This document shows, piece after piece, positions 59,665 to 64,000 of a DNA stretch of 64,000 nucleotides. The DNA is from Candidatus Bathyarchaeota archaeon (lineage in GTDB: Archaea > Thermoproteota > Bathyarchaeia > Bathyarchaeales > DTEX01). Both the position numbers and the translations under genes were made by a program. Positions within the stretch are counted from its first letter, which is position 1. Every line of letters starts with the position of its first letter. The notes beneath the pieces were generated by a model. It was given only the letters and a program-made list of their open reading frames with translations, was not told where the DNA came from and ran no database searches. The stretch spans positions 53,324 through 117,323 of the forward strand of contig JANXEA010000010.1 of NCBI GenBank assembly GCA_025059045.1, in the 5' to 3' direction.

Positions 59665-60330
59665 TCATGTATTATTTTCTATGGGTTCTAGTGCTATTGC
59701 ACGGATCCATGAGGAGTCAAGGTAGGCGATGCGGAGGGGTAAGCCGATGAAGAACACTTTCTCTTTTCTAATTTTTTCAAGGTTAATCAGACCTTCAATT
59801 ATAGGTATGTCCCTTCTTAGAAGATTGTTATGGGTTGACATGAGACCGTCCGGCGCCTCGACCCTGACATTCTGCACACCAAGCATCTTTATGGGTCTCT
59901 CGGCAAGACATGCTGCGGCTTCTGGTGAGATGTAGGGTGACCCCTCTCCCACATATGGGCTCCACATAAGCACAATATCTTTGCTCTCAACTCTCAGGAG
60001 ATGAGAGGGCGTTATAGCCGCCCCTCTCCCATCTCTTGGTTTTAAGAAGTCAAACTTCAGAACTATTGCTTTACCTATGAAAGTGTCGATGGGCATCTGT
60101 GAACATGATTTTCCATTCGGAAGCAGATGTGCGGGGACTTCGACGTGTGTTCCTATATGGGTCTCAGTCTCGACCCAATGCATATATGTTTTGTCCGGTG
60201 CATAGATGAATTGGCGTGCCTCAAACCTTCTAGTCTCATTTCCATGCTGGTATTCTCCGCTGACTTTTAGAAGTCCGGGATAAACTTCGCGGGAAAGATC
60301 GATTATCCTGTACTTCTCTAAGCTGATCAT
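59665..60330 (-). CDS. Cyclase family (kynurenine formamidase-like) metallohydrolase
   Basis: IIDLS, THIGTHVEVPAH, IIEGLINL, LPLRI. Confidence 0.85.
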   Translation of the reverse strand: MISLEKYRIIDLSREVYPGLLKVSGEYQHGNETRRFEARQFIYAPDKTYMHWVETETHIGTHVEVPAHLLPNGKSCSQMPIDTFIGKAIVLKFDFLKPRDGRGAAITPSHLLRVESKDIVLMWSPYVGEGSPYISPEAAACLAERPIKMLGVQNVRVEAPDGLMSTHNNLLRRDIPIIEGLINLEKIRKEKVFFIGLPLRIAYLDSSWIRAIALEPIENNT

Positions 60331-60373
60331 ATCCTTAACATCACACCCATTGCCTTTGATGAAAATTTATCTT

Positions 60374-61096
60374 TCATATTGTTTGAGGGTTTATGAGCCT
60401 TTCCCACGCGTCTCTTTTCCGGTCAAATTCTTCGCGTGTCATATAATGGCGTGCTGGAACCCCCAAGACAACAGTGTTTGCTGGCACATCCCTTGTGACC
60501 ACTGCTCCAGCGCCGACTACCGAGTTCTCGCCGATCTGCACCCCAGCGATAATTGTGACGTTTGCACAGATTATTGCGCCTCTTTCCACGGTAACCCCGG
60601 TCATGCGTCTGCTTGGCGGATAGGGGTCGTTCGTAAAGCATACGCGTGGGGATATGAAGACGTCGTCGCCGATGACGGTTAAATGAGGTAGATAGACGTT
60701 AGATTGGATTTTCGTTCTCTTCCCAACTCTGACTGAGCCGTCTAATATTGATGATGAACCAATAAGCGCCTCCTCATCGACGAAGCTTCCTTCTCTAATC
60801 AGGACATTATGTCCAACTCGGACTTTATCGCCTAATGAAGCCGTCTCATAAATAACTGAGCCGGAGCGGACTATGCACTCCCTTCCCACAGTTGCTCCCT
60901 TGCTCACCGCATCATATTCTTCAAATCTAAAGGGATGGGAAGAGAGAATGGTTTTAATCGTCTTCTCAGATGGATAGCCAATCATGACGTTTTTCCCAAG
61001 CAAGGTCCCGTAGCCTACGGTGCTTGGGCCCAAAACAACTACATCGGGCTCAAGATAGCCCTCAACCCTCGCCCTACTAGAAATGAACCCTGACAT
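60374..61096 (-). CDS. Hexapeptide-repeat acyltransferase (sugar N-acetyltransferase-like)
   Basis: Left-handed beta-helix repeats, FTNDPYPPS, VGAGAVVTRDVP..GVPAR. Confidence 0.88.
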   Translation of the reverse strand: MSGFISSRARVEGYLEPDVVVLGPSTVGYGTLLGKNVMIGYPSEKTIKTILSSHPFRFEEYDAVSKGATVGRECIVRSGSVIYETASLGDKVRVGHNVLIREGSFVDEEALIGSSSILDGSVRVGKRTKIQSNVYLPHLTVIGDDVFISPRVCFTNDPYPPSRRMTGVTVERGAIICANVTIIAGVQIGENSVVGAGAVVTRDVPANTVVLGVPARHYMTREEFDRKRDAWERLINPQTI

Positions 61097-61219
61097 TGAC
61101 TCTCATCATCTCCCACAGACGCGGGTTATGGAAATTATTTTATAGACATAAAAACATCCATAGATACTTATATATATTAAAACTATCAATCTTTATTCTA
61201 CCTTTTAAGGGGCGGTCTG

Positions 61220-61489
61220 ATGGCTCGGCGGACTAAGGCTGAGACCCAGGCGATGTTCAGGGCCGTTGCCATCCTGATAAGGAACACAACATGGAAGTGT
61301 GGCAAGATTGAACGTTTAGTGATCAAGTATCTGCAGAACCACTTAAGAAATAATGGGACCGCTTGGTCATGCATAAAGGATATGATGCAGCACTTTAAAC
61401 TTCAGGGGAAGCAGAGAAGCGAATTCTATGATGCGCTTAGAAGGCTTGAGAGAAGGGGGATCATAAGGATAGAAGGAACAATAGACTGA
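61220..61489 (+). CDS. Small basic winged-helix-like protein
   Basis: EFYDALRRLERRGIIRI C-terminal wHTH-like pattern; TATA-rich upstream region. Confidence 0.6.
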   Translation: MARRTKAETQAMFRAVAILIRNTTWKCGKIERLVIKYLQNHLRNNGTAWSCIKDMMQHFKLQGKQRSEFYDALRRLERRGIIRIEGTID

Positions 61490-61654
61490 GGCCCGATGAG
61501 GGATTATTTAAAACTAAGACTTTCTCTGAATTAGATCCACTATTTCCACTGTACGCTTGACATGGATCCCTATTTGGAAATGTGCAGAGCTTATGGGCCT
61601 TTTTCCTAAGAATGTGAAGAAAGTATGGGTTTGCGTCTGAGTTGATCTATGAGA

Positions 61655-61999
61655 CTACTCCTTGGTTTGTATGAGATCACCCTTGGGTCTCATGTATTCT
61701 ATCCTTGCTTTCACCTTTTCAAGTTCTTCTTGGAAGCCTCTGATCTTCCTTTCGAGTGCGGTTTTCTCCGCCTCTATCTCGCCTCTTCTCCTTCTGATGG
61801 GAAATAGTCTCATCTCAAGTTGGCTGTATTGGTATGGGTCTCTGCATCTCCTGAGCTCCTCGTGGATCCTGTTCTCTTCATCTACCACGGCAGCGTATTT
61901 AGCGTCGATCTCCTTCTTCTGAGCCTCAAGCTCCTTTAATGATTCCTCAATATTCCTTTGTTCCTGTCTCAATCTCTCTATGGCTGTTGTTGTGGACAT
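61655..61999 (-). CDS. Coiled-coil hypothetical protein
   Basis: Continuous E/K/R-rich heptads over 114 aa. Confidence 0.7.
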   Translation of the reverse strand: MSTTTAIERLRQEQRNIEESLKELEAQKKEIDAKYAAVVDEENRIHEELRRCRDPYQYSQLEMRLFPIRRRRGEIEAEKTALERKIRGFQEELEKVKARIEYMRPKGDLIQTKE

Positions 62000-62076
62000 G
62001 GTTGTAGATGAGAGGCGAAGGTATTAATAAGTCTCACGTCTACCTCGGCTGCTAGGCTGCTGGCGTATGGGTGTGC

Positions 62077-62686
62077 TTAAGCAATCCTATTCCCACATCT
62101 TCTTTTTGGGGCTGTTTGGAGTATCGCGTTCATGATTATTAGTAGGCCCAAGCCTATTACGAAGTATGCGAGCGTTTCTTTCGCCGATATGATGTTAAGC
62201 GCGTATTCCGTTAAGAGGTATGAGATATAGAGGCAGAACAATCCGCCGATAAGGTCGCAGCATGCTTTCTTAGAGCCTTTTTTCTAGGAGAATTCTTAGG
62301 GCTGATAGCAGGAAGCCCCATATGCCAATCGCCTTGAAGAAGTAGATTGCGGAGTCCAGGACCGGCTCTGGCGGTTTGATGAAGATTTTTTGGTCGGCCA
62401 TTCTTTGGATGTAATTAACGATTAGTGAGACGTCTATTGGATTCGCTAGGTACGTCAGAGCTAGGACCATGAGGAAAACGCCGATCGAGGTGGCCTCTAG
62501 GATCCCGGAGATGTAAGGTTGCTCCTTTATAACGGTTTTCTTTTTTAGGGATGCATCTTCAACTCTAAGAGATGAGCCGCATCTTGGGCAGAACTTCATA
62601 TCCAGTTCGACTTTCTGTCCGCAATTTGGGCATTGCATGCCGCCAGTATTTTCCGCTTCATTCTTCTGTTCATGTTGCATGGACAA
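62077..62686 (-). CDS. Zinc-ribbon multi-TM membrane protein, frameshifted at an A6 run
   Basis: CPNCG..FCPRCG then TMs; hydrophobic helices continue in another frame after 62280 to TAA at 62077. Confidence 0.7.
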
Positions 62687-62829
62687 AACATTTCCTAATC
62701 ATTATGGATTTTTGAAAATAATAATTGGGGATCCGCGTAATAAAGGTTTAATTTTTAAGCGGAAATTTGAGCGGGGAGGATGCAAGGCTTTTTAGGGAGA
62801 TGGTGCAAAGTATTGGCGAGGATAGGCTC

Positions 62830-63138
62830 ATGGTGTATTGCGCTAAATGTGGGGCTCAGAATCCTGATGACGCTAGGTATTGCATCCAATGCGGCACTCC
62901 GCTTCATATCAGCAGAGAAAGAAAGGAGAAGGAGGAGAAACATGAAAAACATGAGAAGAGCGAGATTTGGTCTCCTAGACTTTTCTTGCTGCTTATCGGT
63001 TTCATAATCTTCTTTTGGGGGTTAAATCAGCTTCTTGAAGTGCTCCTTTCGGTCTCCGTCCCACTTATGCCCGTTATCCTGATGATCATCGGTTTATACA
63101 TAATATATAGGGCTCTAACTAGGACGAGGCCGAGATAG
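62830..63138 (+). CDS. Zinc-ribbon two-TM membrane protein
   Basis: MVYCAKCGAQNPDDARYCIQCG, charged linker, two TMs. Confidence 0.8.
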   Translation: MVYCAKCGAQNPDDARYCIQCGTPLHISRERKEKEEKHEKHEKSEIWSPRLFLLLIGFIIFFWGLNQLLEVLLSVSVPLMPVILMIIGLYIIYRALTRTRPR

Positions 63139-63202
63139 CCTCTGCTAATAAATGCTGGAGAGGCTTCCTCTGATATTTATGGGATCATATAGTGCAGTTC
63201 AA

Positions 63203-64000
63203 ATGGGTTTGCCATTGAATGATAAGGATTTAGCTGGAATGATCCTTGAGCCTATGTTTAGAAGCCTGGAGGATCCTGCTGAGGCTCAGCTTAACCTTCT
63301 CTTCCGGCTGAAGGATCTATATCGCAGAACGGAGTATGGTAAGGAGAGATCCGTTAAGGATGTTTATAGCGTTGAAGATTTCCGCCGGTTATTCCCGAAG
63401 GTAGAATACTCGGGGCTGAAAAGGTATATTGAGGAGGTGAAGCGTGGGAGGTATGGGGCGCTACTGCCGGAGCCCCCTGTCTGCTGGGTTATGACTAGGG
63501 GTTCAACTGGGAGAGCTAAGGTTCTGCCAGTAACGAGGATGCATCTTGAAGACATACTTATTTGCGGCGCTAGGGCTCTCGTTAATTACGCTCTTAGGAA
63601 TGGCGATATGCGTGTCTTGGAGGGAAAGATCCTTAACCTCAATTTCCCCTCTAGGGTTTCGTTCCTCGATTATATGGGGAACCAGGTGCCCTACGGTTAT
63701 AGTTCAGGTACTTATGCTAGGCTTCTGCCCGAGCTTGGGAGGGTGAGGCTTGTTCCGCTGCAGGATGAGGTTGACGCTTTGGGCTCGGGTATCGAGGTTG
63801 CGGATTGGGAGAGAAGGTTCGAACTCGTTTATAAGAGGGCTTTTGATGAGGACGTCACAGCGGTCATGGGGGTCGCGCCGGTTATACTCTCCTTCGCGGT
63901 TTTCGTCAAGAAGAGGTTTGGAAAACTTCCGCGTGACGTCTGGAGGGTAAGGGCTCTGTTCTGCACCAGCGTCCGAAAGATTCATTATAGGTATGCGCCT
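63203..64000 (+). CDS. GH3-family acyl-adenylate-forming protein, 3'-truncated by the window (absent from the ORF track)
   Basis: Open frame to the window end: AQLNLL..TEYG..DFRRLFPKVEY..WVMTRGSTGRAKVLP, the GH3 motif-I pattern. Confidence 0.8.
   Translation, partial: MGLPLNDKDLAGMILEPMFRSLEDPAEAQLNLLFRLKDLYRRTEYGKERSVKDVYSVEDFRRLFPKVEYSGLKRYIEEVKRGRYGALLPEPPVCWVMTRGSTGRAKVLPVTRMHLEDILICGARALVNYALRNGDMRVLEGKILNLNFPSRVSFLDYMGNQVPYGYSSGTYARLLPELGRVRLVPLQDEVDALGSGIEVADWERRFELVYKRAFDEDVTAVMGVAPVILSFAVFVKKRFGKLPRDVWRVRALFCTSVRKIHYRYAP

Noticed and set aside
62923..62958. Short repeats encoding KEKEEKHEKHEK
   Set aside because: Low-complexity charged linker, not an array
1..64000. CRISPR array, transposase/integrase, rRNA or defence operon
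   Set aside because: No regularly spaced repeats or recognisable motifs were seen by eye; the two PIN-like genes have no evident antitoxin partners

Overview
Archaeal chromosomal window. It is most consistent with a TACK lineage such as Bathyarchaeia; this is inferred from Rpo6, TFE, aTrm56, MBF1, NAC, TIP49, DUF1512 and UPF0147 occurring together with bacterial-type two-component systems, a PfkA-family kinase, corrinoid/UroD-like proteins and a giant FtsX-type permease. Most of it is housekeeping and sugar metabolism (cupin PGI, GalK/GalT-like, PfkA, polyol dehydrogenase). An accessory signalling and surface block lies at about 10.8-25 kb. I saw no rRNA, CRISPR array, integrase or transposase. 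Highlights: (1) A tRNA-Arg-like gene with two introns. One intron sits at position 9/10 and its bulge-helix-bulge uses the 5' acceptor strand, while the 5' leader carries a 13-nt anti-acceptor element that would free that strand, suggesting a leader-driven splicing switch. (2) A 948-aa type IV pilin-like protein that appears to be built by nested domain insertion. (3) A PAS/GAF kinase, a REC-inactive-KaiC regulator, a KaiC ATPase and pilins clustered together. (4) Several single-base frameshifts in A-runs, including in rpoK, plus a thermosome relic. All product calls come from motif recognition by eye; no database search was run.
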